A stretch of 64,000 nucleotides of DNA from Promethearchaeota archaeon (GCA_019058365.1 JAHPZE010000017.1:1-64000); one strand, 5' to 3'; positions 30,017-40,759 are shown, numbered from the stretch's first letter. Translations and numbers: made by a program. Notes: a model not told the origin generated them from the sequence alone.

Positions 30017-30748
30017 CTAAATTTCTTTATTTTCTAATAAAGCGTCAAACTCTCGATCTGATACGAACCCCTTATTAATCATAATCTCCTTGATACTTTC
30101 GATGAGTTGGGGTGCTACTTTAGCTTCTGAAATTGTCTCCTCAAGTGAAGTAACTTTTTGCTTTAATGTTTTAATTTCATCTTCTTTTGCAGTTATTTCT
30201 TCTTTTAGACTTTCGGATTCTACATACTTATCTGATCTTGATTTTTGTAAATCTTTTTTAAGGCTCTCAATTTCATTTTCTCTTTGTTGAAGATTATCTT
30301 TGAGTTTTTCTCTCTCTTTTTCTAAATTGGCCTTAAAATCATTTTTTTCCTCTTCTAAACTCTCGATTTTTATAGTGGACTCCTTTAATTTATTTTCTAA
30401 TTCTGTAATCTTGGAATTAGATTCAGCTAATTTAGTATCTAAATTTGATTTTACTAACCTCAGTTTGTTAAGCTCAGCATCTGCATATAGTTTCTCTTCT
30501 TTTATTCTCTCAAAATCTTTATGAGATGTAGAAAAATTCTCATTTAAAGCAGTTAATTTTCTCTCAGTTTCAGTGAATTTTTCCTTAATTGTTTTTAAAT
30601 CTTCTGTAGTTCTTTCTAAATCTTTTGTTTTTTGACTTAATTGTTTTTCTAAATTATTTATTTTAGATCTGAGATCTAATAACACTTTTCCCTCAACAGA
30701 TAATTTTTTATCTGGGCGTTCTTCAGCGCGCGCCCAATCGATTGACAT
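30017..30748 (-). CDS. Long coiled-coil protein, paralog A
   Basis: Heptad-rich E/K/L rod with head SIDW..AEE.PDKKLS.EGK and tail KGFVSDREF. Confidence 0.8.
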   Translation of the reverse strand: MSIDWARAEERPDKKLSVEGKVLLDLRSKINNLEKQLSQKTKDLERTTEDLKTIKEKFTETERKLTALNENFSTSHKDFERIKEEKLYADAELNKLRLVKSNLDTKLAESNSKITELENKLKESTIKIESLEEEKNDFKANLEKEREKLKDNLQQRENEIESLKKDLQKSRSDKYVESESLKEEITAKEDEIKTLKQKVTSLEETISEAKVAPQLIESIKEIMINKGFVSDREFDALLENKEI

Positions 30749-31043
30749 TTTTGTTAACCTGATTATGAATTTTATGATATATCTATATATTTATTTTAAA
30801 ATTATATACTTAATTTGAAATCATATTGTCTTTTAAAATTTTATTAAATTTTGTTTTTGAGGTGAAAAGTTGGTGTTTAACTTTCTCCTTGAAGTGTGAA
30901 TTAAGAAAAATTTGTAAACCTTTTCTGAGAATTCCGATGTTGCCTTTCGGTAAAATTCCCTTATTAGTATTAATTAGGTCTTCCGCTCTATTTATTCTTT
31001 TATTGTCCCAACAGGAGCTCATCAGAAAATTGTTAAAGGATCC

Positions 31044-33158
31044 ATGACTCCAATATCATCATATAATAGCTTGGGGTCTGTAATTGGGATAACCAATTTA
31101 CACCCCATAACTACTGATAATTTATTTAAGATTTATATAGACCTTTATTTATATAAAAGTCTTTCAGGAGGTCAAGCGCATACCCAGGAAGCAGTTCTCT
31201 CAATTTTAGGTAACTTTGAGATTTTAAATCAGAGAATAATTCTTAATGATGGTAAGTTTCAATATGACGATAGCCTTGCGAGAAGTGACGAAGAATTAAA
31301 CGGGATTATAAGTAGATTAAGAACAAAGGTTGATCAAGCAAAATTTAATAAACTTTTCTATCGCGACGAAGATGGAATGCCGTTTGGAAGGAACAAATTT
31401 TCTATTAAAGAATATTTAGAAAACCTTCGGGATGTATTAATGAGTTGGCAAGAGCCTGATGAAGAGGATCGTGACAATGTTGACCATATTCTCTATTTGT
31501 CAAAATTTCTTATCGATAATCTCGAACCGTTAAGTACTGGTACCAGCAAGTTTTCTGTTTCACGTGTTGACGATAAACCTTCTGAGCTTGAAAGAGGGAT
31601 GGATCTCCTTAAAGTAGCTCAGTATCTTTTTGGACCTCAAACTTTTCGGTTAATTTTATTTAGATCATTATGGTATTTTGCTAGTGATGGTAAATATAAT
31701 GTTTTACCACTCTCGATTTTGCCTGAAGATCTATCAGAGTATGTATTAGATTTAGGAATTATTTCTAGTACTCAAAGGAAGAGTACATTGACAAATGAAT
31801 ATATGCCATTAGCAACAGCAACTGACATTAGAAACCATATTCCATCCTTGTTATTAGGTAATTCTTTCTTTAATTTACCCGTTGACGATGGTAGCAACAT
31901 AGATAGCACGTTCTATTTTGGATATGGTCCATTACCTTTTATAAGTGATTCAATTTCTATTCCAAAATTTATAGATTCCTATGAATTAAATCAATATATT
32001 GGTCGTCTAATATTTAATCAATTTGAATTATCTTTAAACAAATATAAAATAGATAATCACATAACTGATCCTAGTGTTAGCAAAGTGAATCTTGGTATGA
32101 CAGCTTATGAGGATATCTTTAGTGTTGTTGAAGACAAAGTTATAAGACATTTTACATCTAAGTCAGGAGATATTGCACAAAATCTTGAAGATGCTTTCAA
32201 TATTCTTATTGAAGCAAGACGAGAATTACTATCTTTTACAAATGATAACACAGCAAATATGTTATTAAAAGGTGTAGCAGAGGACACTCTTAGACTTCAA
32301 TTTATTAAATTCTTTCAAAACCCAATAATATCTACAACTAAAATCTATTTCTATAGTACTCTTGTTGATGGAAAGATTCCTTGGATTGAATTTAGTAAAA
32401 ATGACTTCGCAGGTAAATTTACTCAAATGACTGGTAATACCCATGCATCTCAATGGTCTGCCTTTGATTATAATTATATTGAGCAATATAATGCGAGGGT
32501 GATTGATAATAGAGTAGATGTTCTAAAAAAGCTAATTGAATCTCAGCCCGAAGGTTCTAGAAATGTGCGAATATTTATTGGGCAAAATATTGGTAGCTCC
32601 TCAGACCTTTCAACTGATTATGGTTATCAATACATCGAAGCAACAACTCAGTCCCCTAAATGGATCCCAAAAACGGAATTCATGACAAGTCAAGGAAAAG
32701 CGCCCTCATATATTGATGTTAGCTTTGAAGAAGGTACTTATAAAGAGTTTGAGATGCAGAAGTTGCGCTATCTTGTCCTACTTTCACTTGCAATGGAATT
32801 AAGAATGATAACAGGAGTAAGACCAAATCAAGAATATGAATTCAATTATCGAGATTTTATATTTATTATAAAGAAAGCCGATTCCAGTGTCAATGATCCG
32901 AATTATATCGCTATTTTTAATCATCATTATATTACTCAATTAATGCCAATTCACTCATCTAGTGAAGCTCCTTCTTCTGTAAAAAGAGGTTTCACTAAAA
33001 TTAACTTGGAATGTCCATATAAAAATGAAATCTATTGGAAACAAGAATTTTCAAGACGCTGGATTGAATATAGCGACTTTATTCCATTTTGGGTTTCAGG
33101 ATCTGGTCTACTTATAAATGCCTTTTCTTATTATAAAGACTATTTTGGCTATTCTTAA
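31044..33158 (+). CDS. Large orphan protein (704 aa), possibly a 5'-truncated fragment
   Basis: Long ORF with no recognised motif; frame stays open 22 codons upstream to a TAG at 30975. Confidence 0.65.
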   Translation: MTPISSYNSLGSVIGITNLHPITTDNLFKIYIDLYLYKSLSGGQAHTQEAVLSILGNFEILNQRIILNDGKFQYDDSLARSDEELNGIISRLRTKVDQAKFNKLFYRDEDGMPFGRNKFSIKEYLENLRDVLMSWQEPDEEDRDNVDHILYLSKFLIDNLEPLSTGTSKFSVSRVDDKPSELERGMDLLKVAQYLFGPQTFRLILFRSLWYFASDGKYNVLPLSILPEDLSEYVLDLGIISSTQRKSTLTNEYMPLATATDIRNHIPSLLLGNSFFNLPVDDGSNIDSTFYFGYGPLPFISDSISIPKFIDSYELNQYIGRLIFNQFELSLNKYKIDNHITDPSVSKVNLGMTAYEDIFSVVEDKVIRHFTSKSGDIAQNLEDAFNILIEARRELLSFTNDNTANMLLKGVAEDTLRLQFIKFFQNPIISTTKIYFYSTLVDGKIPWIEFSKNDFAGKFTQMTGNTHASQWSAFDYNYIEQYNARVIDNRVDVLKKLIESQPEGSRNVRIFIGQNIGSSSDLSTDYGYQYIEATTQSPKWIPKTEFMTSQGKAPSYIDVSFEEGTYKEFEMQKLRYLVLLSLAMELRMITGVRPNQEYEFNYRDFIFIIKKADSSVNDPNYIAIFNHHYITQLMPIHSSSEAPSSVKRGFTKINLECPYKNEIYWKQEFSRRWIEYSDFIPFWVSGSGLLINAFSYYKDYFGYS

Positions 33159-33271
33159 AATTCTATAAAAATGTTTTTTTATATTTATTCTATATTAAAT
33201 TCGTTGAGAGTAAACATTTAAGAATGTATTAAATTATTTTTTAATTAAAGAATTTACACATTAAATTCAGT

Positions 33272-34261
33272 ATGCAAGAATTCAGAATCAATGATTATAT
33301 CTCTCTCTCTCTTAAGGGTGAGAAGACCATTATTTATGTGAATAATGAAGAGTTTATGCAATGTAAATCATTATTGTTAAATATTCCAACTGATAATGCT
33401 CAATTTTCTAACTTATTCAAATCTATTGACGAAGCTGCAGAGATTTTTCAATGGTCGGAAGATAAGCAGGAAACTTTTGAATATGCATTATCATCTGAAG
33501 TAGAATTCTGGGGTCATTGCAGCAATTTACAGGCATGGGTGGAGAGTGATTATGACACTCGGTTATTACATAGTAATCTGGCGTTTCCACTTTTAAGAAA
33601 GTTGGGTGCCATTGGAGAACCAAAAGCAGCAAGAGTTTTTAAACTTGAGATTCTAAGACGTTTTAATGAAGGTAATAATATAACTAGAGAATTTTTAATT
33701 GAGAACGAGTATTTAGATTATCTAGAAGAGGAAGACGTTAGGAGTTCTCTACTCATAGAGGAAGTATTGCTACTTGAAGATTTAGAGAAATATCTGCAGA
33801 AAAGTATTACTTTGACAGAATATTTAGAAGGAATTACCGATGGATTAGCTGTAGACTGTTACTATATTGAGGATTACAAGATTATCGGTCTGAAAATCCG
33901 CACCCTTACAATTGATGTAGTTCCAGAATTAATTGGGAAGTTTAAGAATCTAAGATACTTAAATCTATCTCATAACTACCTCAAATATTTACCAGCATCA
34001 ATTGGAAAGTTAAAGAATTTGGAGATTTTGAATCTTGCACGTAATGAATTTGAGAAGATACCATTATCATTTAGGAACCTTGAAAAATTAAGAGAGCTAA
34101 ATTTAAAATACAATAAGTTAAGGAAGGTCCCTTCGATGTTAGGGAACATTAAAACGCTCTATCTATTATACTTAGATGATAATCCTATAGATTACTTTCC
34201 AAAAAAACTTGGAAATCTTATGAAAGAGGATAAAAATAGTAGGTATAAAAATGTAAGATAA
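33272..34261 (+). CDS. Lokiarchaeal-type leucine-rich repeat protein
   Basis: N-terminal SIDEAA..EFWGHCSNLQAW.E..YDTRLLHSNLAFPLL domain followed by LxxLxLxxN repeats. Confidence 0.9.
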   Translation: MQEFRINDYISLSLKGEKTIIYVNNEEFMQCKSLLLNIPTDNAQFSNLFKSIDEAAEIFQWSEDKQETFEYALSSEVEFWGHCSNLQAWVESDYDTRLLHSNLAFPLLRKLGAIGEPKAARVFKLEILRRFNEGNNITREFLIENEYLDYLEEEDVRSSLLIEEVLLLEDLEKYLQKSITLTEYLEGITDGLAVDCYYIEDYKIIGLKIRTLTIDVVPELIGKFKNLRYLNLSHNYLKYLPASIGKLKNLEILNLARNEFEKIPLSFRNLEKLRELNLKYNKLRKVPSMLGNIKTLYLLYLDDNPIDYFPKKLGNLMKEDKNSRYKNVR

Positions 34262-34306
34262 CAATTTTACATTAAAATATTTGAATAAAAATAGATCATA
34301 TGAGTT

Positions 34307-35014
34307 TTAATCTTTTATTTCATTGAGGAGCGGTTCAAGTTCTTTATCAGATAAGAATCCCTTAATCTCTAATAATTGCTTAATTTTTTCAATTGCTTTT
34401 TTAGCGTTTATGGCTTCAGACATTTGAGCTTCAAACGCTTTATATTTTTTAATTTGCTTATCATTAAATTTTATTTCATCATTTAATTTCTTCTTTAGAT
34501 CCTCAATTTGAATATTAAGGTGTTGGATTTCTTCATTTTTTTTTAAAAGTTCATTTACTTTATTCAACATCTCTTCTTCTTTTTTTTGAATATCTTTATC
34601 CTTAACTAATACTATTTGTTCCATTTTGGATGATTTTTCAATATTGAGATTTGATTGAACTTCCAGATTTGTAATTTTTTCAATAGCTTCATTGAGTTTC
34701 TCTTCTAAATTGGAATTATCAGATATCAATTTAGCAAGTTCAATATCTGTATGCAATTTTTCTTGTTTAACTTCATCCAAAGATTTTCTAGTAGAGGATT
34801 TTCTTTCTGTAAGTTCAGTTAAACTTCTTTCACGACCTGCTAACTTGTCTTTAGTTTCATTTAATACACGTATAGTTTTATCTAATTTCTGTTGATTTTG
34901 CTTCAATTCTAATTCTAATTCTTTAATTTTAGATCTAAGTTCTAATAAAAATTTTCCTTCTATGGATAATTTCTTATCTGGTTTTTCCTCGGCTTTAACC
35001 CAGTCGATTGAAAT
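34307..35014 (-). CDS. Long coiled-coil protein, paralog B (probable ATT start at 35014)
   Basis: In-frame extension ISIDWVKAEEKPDKKLSIEGKFLLELRSKI matches the paralog A N-terminus; GGTGAT SD upstream of the ATT; tail KGFLSDKEL. Confidence 0.78.
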   Translation of the reverse strand: MSIDWVKAEEKPDKKLSIEGKFLLELRSKIKELELELKQNQQKLDKTIRVLNETKDKLAGRERSLTELTERKSSTRKSLDEVKQEKLHTDIELAKLISDNSNLEEKLNEAIEKITNLEVQSNLNIEKSSKMEQIVLVKDKDIQKKEEEMLNKVNELLKKNEEIQHLNIQIEDLKKKLNDEIKFNDKQIKKYKAFEAQMSEAINAKKAIEKIKQLLEIKGFLSDKELEPLLNEIKD

Positions 35015-35142
35015 TTTTCCATCACCATCAAATTGAATTTTTGTTATAATTTAAAGATAAAATAATTATGTATAAAAATTAATTATTTCAGTTTAAGAAA
35101 ATATTGAATCATTAAAATAACATAATGTTTAATTTTCATTAA

Positions 35143-35946
35143 ATGGTTAAAATTTCTCTTGGAACAGCTGGATGGGATTACAAAGATTGGGTTGGTCCAT
35201 TCTACCCAAAAAAGTTGGAAAAATCCCATCAATTAGAATTTTTTTCTAATTATTTCAATATTGTGGAAATTAATTCAACATTCTATAACATGCCATCTGA
35301 AAATATGGTAATTAACTGGTATAATCGTGTGTCCGAACATTTTCGTTTTGTTGTTAAACTATGGCAAAAAATAACACATGATCTTAATAATTTTGAAATA
35401 AACCAAAGGATTCTTGAATTTTTTAGTAGAATTAGACCATTACAAGGAAAAATCTCTGGATTTCTTCTTCAATTTCCACCATGGTTTAATTTTTCAGAAA
35501 AGCATCTAGAACAATTGAATAATTTATTCAAGACACTTCCATCTGAGAATAAATACATAGTTGAACTAAGAGATAATTCTTGGTTTAAACATGAAATTCT
35601 TTCAAATTTTATAAATGGGAAAAATGTAATATTCGGAACCACTTATATGCCAAATATTACGCCATATTACATGCTAAATCAAAATTTTTATTATATAAGG
35701 CTAATTGGAGATAGAGAACTCACGATTTTTAATCGAATTCAAAGAAATCAAACAGAAGCTTTAAATGACCTTTATAAGAATATTCAAAACTTAGTGAAAA
35801 TCTCAAATGTCTATGAAATTTTTATTATTGTCAATAATCACTTTCAAGGTTTTGCCCCAGAAAGTGTGAATAATTTAAAAAAGAAATTCGGGTTATCCTA
35901 TCGTAATTTTAACAAACAAAAAAGCTTAATAGACTTTACTTTATAA
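35143..35946 (+). CDS. DUF72 (YecE-like) protein
   Basis: GTAGW.Y.DW.GPFYP, VEINSTFY, LLQFPP and YIRL.G motifs. Confidence 0.92.
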   Translation: MVKISLGTAGWDYKDWVGPFYPKKLEKSHQLEFFSNYFNIVEINSTFYNMPSENMVINWYNRVSEHFRFVVKLWQKITHDLNNFEINQRILEFFSRIRPLQGKISGFLLQFPPWFNFSEKHLEQLNNLFKTLPSENKYIVELRDNSWFKHEILSNFINGKNVIFGTTYMPNITPYYMLNQNFYYIRLIGDRELTIFNRIQRNQTEALNDLYKNIQNLVKISNVYEIFIIVNNHFQGFAPESVNNLKKKFGLSYRNFNKQKSLIDFTL

Positions 35947-36010
35947 TCCATTTAAAATTTCCCTAATGAATAAGAAAATTTTAAATATTGGCGGTTATTA
36001 ACTATTTTTT

Positions 36011-37258
36011 ATGGATTTTATTGATAATTTAAAGAAATTAGGTAAGAATTGGCGGTTATTAGCTCTTGTAATTTGGCTATTAATAGGAGTAGCTATAATT
36101 CCTTATCCTAATCCTGTTGTTTCTTTGATTGGTATTATAATATTTTTTCCGTTTTTAGTCTTTTTAATGTTCTTATTTTTGCTCTCTCTTGTTTCTAAGA
36201 AAAGTATTTTTGAGTACCCTCCTTGGAAGATAATTTTATTTTTACTTGTCTCCTTACCAATTATGGCATTAATTTCAATCGTTCTAATACTTTTATTTAT
36301 CATTTCTGTTATTACCTATTTCCTCTTTACATCTTGGTTTATCTTATATGGGTGCTTTTTAATTGGGAGAAGAGTTGATAAACAGGCATTAAAAACAGTA
36401 AAAGCAAAGGCTTTTATAAGAACCCTTATTTTTATTGGTGGTTTAACTGCGTCCATTATTTTCTTATATCTCTTCATTATAGCACCCAAATTATTCGATT
36501 TTTCAGTTATTAGTGACACACCAATGCCGTGGTATTTAAATGGAGTATATATACTTGTTGGAGCAATTCTTATTGGACTTGCTATTACAATTGTTGTCTA
36601 TAAGTTTCATAAAGTCTTTAATGGATGGTTTGGAATATTTGCAATATTGGTTTCTTTCTATACACTATTTCTGGTTATAAAGATTTATCTTGGTCTAGCT
36701 CCTACAAAAACTACTGGATTTGGTCCAATTTGGGCCTATCTTACCATGATAATCCCTGATCTACTTATCATATTTTATTCTCTAAGTACTCTTATGGGTT
36801 CACAAGCAGAATTCTTAAGCAAAAAGCTAAAAAGGTTTGAGCTAGATACTGTAATAATTTGGTTAATTCTCTCAAAGGTAACATATGAATTCATACATTA
36901 TTTTCCATATGATCTTTTAAGTGGTATTCAAATTCCTTGGATTCAGTGGTTTGCTGATAATATAGATAATGATCTTATTAATCAAGTAAAAAATATTGCT
37001 GTATTAGGGTTTTTTGTACTCCTTTTAATAATAATAGGATTATATGAAATCATGAAATATTCTGAAGGAAAGTTAAAAGCAAGAAAAGAGGAAAAGGTTA
37101 AATTAAGCGAAATTATATTCCCCGAACCTACTATTGAAGAACCTGAAATAATTACTGAGGAAAGCAAAACAATCGATGATATTGATGTAGCTATTTCCAA
37201 AGAAGACGATTTTAAGGAAAAAAATAATAATGAATCAGAAAAAGATTTAACTTTTTAA
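36011..37258 (+). CDS. Polytopic membrane protein with acidic C-terminal tail
   Basis: About ten hydrophobic segments. Confidence 0.7.
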   Translation: MDFIDNLKKLGKNWRLLALVIWLLIGVAIIPYPNPVVSLIGIIIFFPFLVFLMFLFLLSLVSKKSIFEYPPWKIILFLLVSLPIMALISIVLILLFIISVITYFLFTSWFILYGCFLIGRRVDKQALKTVKAKAFIRTLIFIGGLTASIIFLYLFIIAPKLFDFSVISDTPMPWYLNGVYILVGAILIGLAITIVVYKFHKVFNGWFGIFAILVSFYTLFLVIKIYLGLAPTKTTGFGPIWAYLTMIIPDLLIIFYSLSTLMGSQAEFLSKKLKRFELDTVIIWLILSKVTYEFIHYFPYDLLSGIQIPWIQWFADNIDNDLINQVKNIAVLGFFVLLLIIIGLYEIMKYSEGKLKARKEEKVKLSEIIFPEPTIEEPEIITEESKTIDDIDVAISKEDDFKEKNNNESEKDLTF

Positions 37259-37409
37259 ATATGATAAATTGCATGAGTTTATTAAACTCTCTTTTTTTTA
37301 TATTTGAAACAATAATTCAAAAAAAATTACTAATTCCTCATAGATTAATAGTTTAATAATTAGTTTTATAAACACTAATTCAAAAATTGTCTTACGTAAA
37401 TTCTAATTA

Positions 37410-37937
37410 GTGTTTTATATGAGTAATTTAGAACCCAGAACTGTAGAAATCTTTCTAAAGAAATTTGAGAAATTATCTCTCAAAATTGAACAGTTAACAG
37501 ACGAAATTTCAAAAATGAAGACTAAATTAGATAAGAATTATAAGGTTAATAGAACATTTGGACTGAAATCAGTAAGAAACTCTCAACAACTTGACTTTGC
37601 AAGGGATGTCATGGGAATTGGAAGCCCTACTAAAAGATACTTATTATCTCTAAGAGCAATTACCGAAGAATGGAAAGGAAGAAAAAATGATTTTCTAATA
37701 ACTGTAAGACAACAAGAAAAAGAAACCCATATGGATTTGAAAGCGCTTGGCATCAGGATTCCCGTCAATGATATCAAGAATATTCGTGTTTTAGCTAAAC
37801 AAATACTCTCATTATTATATATATCATGTGAATTGCAGGGAATTGCTATTAATGAGATCTTAAGAGAGATAATCACTGAGATAAATAATGAAGGGCAGAA
37901 AATGGTCCAAGAAATTAAACAAAAATTCATTCTTTAA
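37410..37937 (+). CDS. Hypothetical protein (N-terminal coiled coil; possible PC4-like beta domain)
   Basis: EEWKG....LITVR......GIRIP pattern loosely like PC4/Whirly. Confidence 0.55.
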   Translation: MFYMSNLEPRTVEIFLKKFEKLSLKIEQLTDEISKMKTKLDKNYKVNRTFGLKSVRNSQQLDFARDVMGIGSPTKRYLLSLRAITEEWKGRKNDFLITVRQQEKETHMDLKALGIRIPVNDIKNIRVLAKQILSLLYISCELQGIAINEILREIITEINNEGQKMVQEIKQKFIL

Positions 37938-38018
37938 GATTTCTTCAATAATCACCATTCATTTGCCTTTTTCACAGAGAAAAAGTTAAAAAAGTTCTTA
38001 AAATATAAAATTTAAATT

Positions 38019-38040
38019 TCGTGAAACAAGAATTTCACGA
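38019..38040. promoter_or_regulatory. Palindromic operator candidate
   Basis: TCGTGAAA-n6-TTTCACGA perfect inverted repeat ~125 bp upstream of the crotonase gene. Confidence 0.35.
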
Positions 38041-38165
38041 TCAAATTACTAAATTTGCCAGTTTATCATTTTTAAAGTTTAAAAAACCAAAAATAATATA
38101 TTTTGTTCATATTAAGGATTAATCATTAGAAATTAAATTATTTAAAATGTATGAAGGATTAAAAA

Positions 38166-38954
38166 ATGGAGTATAAAGAGATAGTTTTTGAAAAAAAGGA
38201 TAGAATTGCCCGTATAACCATCAATCGGCCTCAACGTTATAATGCATGCAATCTTCGCGCTGTCCATGAATTGATTGATGCATTTGATCATTGTTGGGAC
38301 AATGAAATTGGAGTTGTCGTTTTTACAGGAATAGGTGAGAAAGCATTTTGTACTGGTGGCGATCAGACAACACGTGAGAAGGGTGGTTATGAAGGAGAAC
38401 TTTTATTACCACTTGAAGTTGGCTGGCAACGAGTAACACATTTAATAAGAACCTTACCTAAACCTGTTATTGCACGTGTAAATGGTTATGCCATAGGGGG
38501 AGGACATGTATGGCATGTCAATTGTGATCTGAGTATTGCAGCAGAACACGCACAATTTGGACAAGCAGGACCTCGTGTTGGTTCATTTGATCCTGGATAT
38601 GGAACAGGAGATTTAATGCGTGCTGTGGGGATAAAACGTGCGAAAGAAATTTGGTATCTGTGCCGTAGATACACAGCACGACAAGCTTTAGAAATGGGGC
38701 TTGTAAATATGGTAGTCCCATATGACAAACTGGATGAGGAAGTAGATAACTGGTGTCAGGAATTGTTAGAGAAGAGCCCTACAGCTCTTAAAATGCTAAA
38801 ATATGCTTTTTTAGCTGAAACTGATGGAGTAACAGGCATAACCCAACTAGGAGTTGGGGGCTTATCTATGTATTATAATACAGACGAAGCCATGGAGGGT
38901 AAAAATGCCTTTATAGAAAAACGTAAAGCCGATTTTAACCAATTTAGAAGATAG
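38166..38954 (+). CDS. MenB/BadI-family crotonase (DHNA-CoA synthase or 2-ketocyclohexanecarboxyl-CoA hydrolase)
   Basis: AFCTGGDQ, GYAIGGG, GPRVGSFDPGYGT, AKEIWYLCRRY. Confidence 0.88.
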   Translation: MEYKEIVFEKKDRIARITINRPQRYNACNLRAVHELIDAFDHCWDNEIGVVVFTGIGEKAFCTGGDQTTREKGGYEGELLLPLEVGWQRVTHLIRTLPKPVIARVNGYAIGGGHVWHVNCDLSIAAEHAQFGQAGPRVGSFDPGYGTGDLMRAVGIKRAKEIWYLCRRYTARQALEMGLVNMVVPYDKLDEEVDNWCQELLEKSPTALKMLKYAFLAETDGVTGITQLGVGGLSMYYNTDEAMEGKNAFIEKRKADFNQFRR

Positions 38955-39010
38955 AAACAAAGAAATTAATTTCTTTTTATCACAGTTATAAGTATCTTTA
39001 ACTCAGTTAA

Positions 39011-40759
39011 TTATTTTTTTATTAAGATTAATCTATCTTCTTCAATAACAATTTTATCTTTATTTAAAGGACTATAATTATAAGTAATTTTCATTGTATT
39101 CACTATAAGAGTCCCTAAAAAGCTTAATTTCAATGTATTAAACAGATCATTGATCATCTGGAGATCCTCTGGAATGGAGACCCCAAAAAAAGGATTGAGA
39201 AATAAATATAAAGCGGCTCCAAATATTATTCCAATAAAAAGGCTAACTATATTATTAAATGGAATTATCAACATGATCAAAAGGAGTATTGTTAAATTAG
39301 GGATTAATCTATAGATTCGAAAATTGTATTTAATCTTGAGTTTTCGTTTAAGTTGAATTAAAATAAAGGGCAAAAGAAATAATGCTGAAATTAGCATTAC
39401 AATACCAATACCTAAAATTCCAAAAAAGAAAATAAAAATTGGTGCCGTCGTTAGAATTATTAGAAGTGTTATTGAGAACCCTATTGCAGCTAAATTAGCA
39501 TTGCCTGATCCTATCAAAGCATTCCCAAATAATGTTGAGTATCCATAAAGAAATTGTCCAATTATAATCAAGATAAATAAGGTTTGAGCCATAGCAAATA
39601 GATTACTATTAAAAACAGTCCCTTTATAAAAAAAATCTCGATGTAAGTAAAGTAATATTTCTTTAGACAAAGCGACCATTGCTGTTAAAAAACCTAAAGC
39701 TAAAATACTTGAAATTCGTGTAGATGCATTTATTGACTCTTCGATAGTGTCATGATACTTTTTAACAGATGCTTCAGCAATTTCAATATTTAATGGAGCA
39801 GAATAGTACAGAATCACAGATTTTACTGCACCATAGGCCATCAACACAGTTAATAAACTCAGACCTAAATTTTGATATGAAGTGTCTGTGAAAATTGTCA
39901 AATATACAGCAGCAATCAAGAATAAGATATATTCAAAAAATTTAGAATTCTGAATATTGGTTATCATAGAATACATTGAATTTTTCAGATAAATCAGGAT
40001 TTGATAATTTTCAATAAGTTCTCCAACTTCAGGAGAAGCTCTTTTCCTCATGTTTCGAGTTCTTAAACTTGCTCTAAAAATCTCGATAATTGAATAAGGA
40101 GTTAATCGCTTAAAGAAATAAATTAATAGACTTATTGTTATTATATTGAAAAATGGATAAAACGCAAACAAAAAAGGATCTAAACCATAAGTAATAAAAA
40201 TAATACCTAATGGTAAAATAAAAATTCCATTAAAAATTGATGCAAAAGCAATTATGTCATATCTGTTTTTAATCTCTAATCCTATTTGAAACATAAAAGT
40301 ACCATAGATTAAAAATGAAGAAAAACCAGAAGCAAAGATGCATTCTCTTAACAAATTATTTGTTAAAAAAGATCCAAAAATAAAGGGAATAGCTATCATT
40401 GTTAATCCTAATCCCAATCCAATTATGAATAATAACTTTGAATATGTTGTAGCTTTGATCCGTCCAAGTTCTTCATTTATAACAAATGCTGCTTTAATTT
40501 CGGCAATAAAATATCGGGAAATTCCAATTCCAATTAAGCTTAAAATTCCATTAATTGCGGTTGTTAAACCAAAATAAGTTAATCCCGACCAATTCGTTCC
40601 TAAAATAATAAAAATCCAGATACAACCCGCATTAATTAATGAAAAAAGCATAGTGAGAGAGCCTGAAGTAATTGCACGCGAACTTCCTTCCTTTTCAAAA
40701 AATTTCTTATCTCTTTTAAATTTAAATTGAGATCTTTCTTTATCTTTTGATATTACCAT
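39011..40759 (-). CDS. MOP-superfamily flippase/exporter-like membrane protein
   Basis: 12-14 TM segments with MurJ/Wzx-like organisation. Confidence 0.6.
   Translation of the reverse strand: MVISKDKERSQFKFKRDKKFFEKEGSSRAITSGSLTMLFSLINAGCIWIFIILGTNWSGLTYFGLTTAINGILSLIGIGISRYFIAEIKAAFVINEELGRIKATTYSKLLFIIGLGLGLTMIAIPFIFGSFLTNNLLRECIFASGFSSFLIYGTFMFQIGLEIKNRYDIIAFASIFNGIFILPLGIIFITYGLDPFLFAFYPFFNIITISLLIYFFKRLTPYSIIEIFRASLRTRNMRKRASPEVGELIENYQILIYLKNSMYSMITNIQNSKFFEYILFLIAAVYLTIFTDTSYQNLGLSLLTVLMAYGAVKSVILYYSAPLNIEIAEASVKKYHDTIEESINASTRISSILALGFLTAMVALSKEILLYLHRDFFYKGTVFNSNLFAMAQTLFILIIIGQFLYGYSTLFGNALIGSGNANLAAIGFSITLLIILTTAPIFIFFFGILGIGIVMLISALFLLPFILIQLKRKLKIKYNFRIYRLIPNLTILLLIMLIIPFNNIVSLFIGIIFGAALYLFLNPFFGVSIPEDLQMINDLFNTLKLSFLGTLIVNTMKITYNYSPLNKDKIVIEEDRLILIKK

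Noticed and set aside
30810-31047. Short overlapping ORFs upstream of the 704-aa gene
   Set aside because: No coding signal; no clear frameshifted continuation could be established
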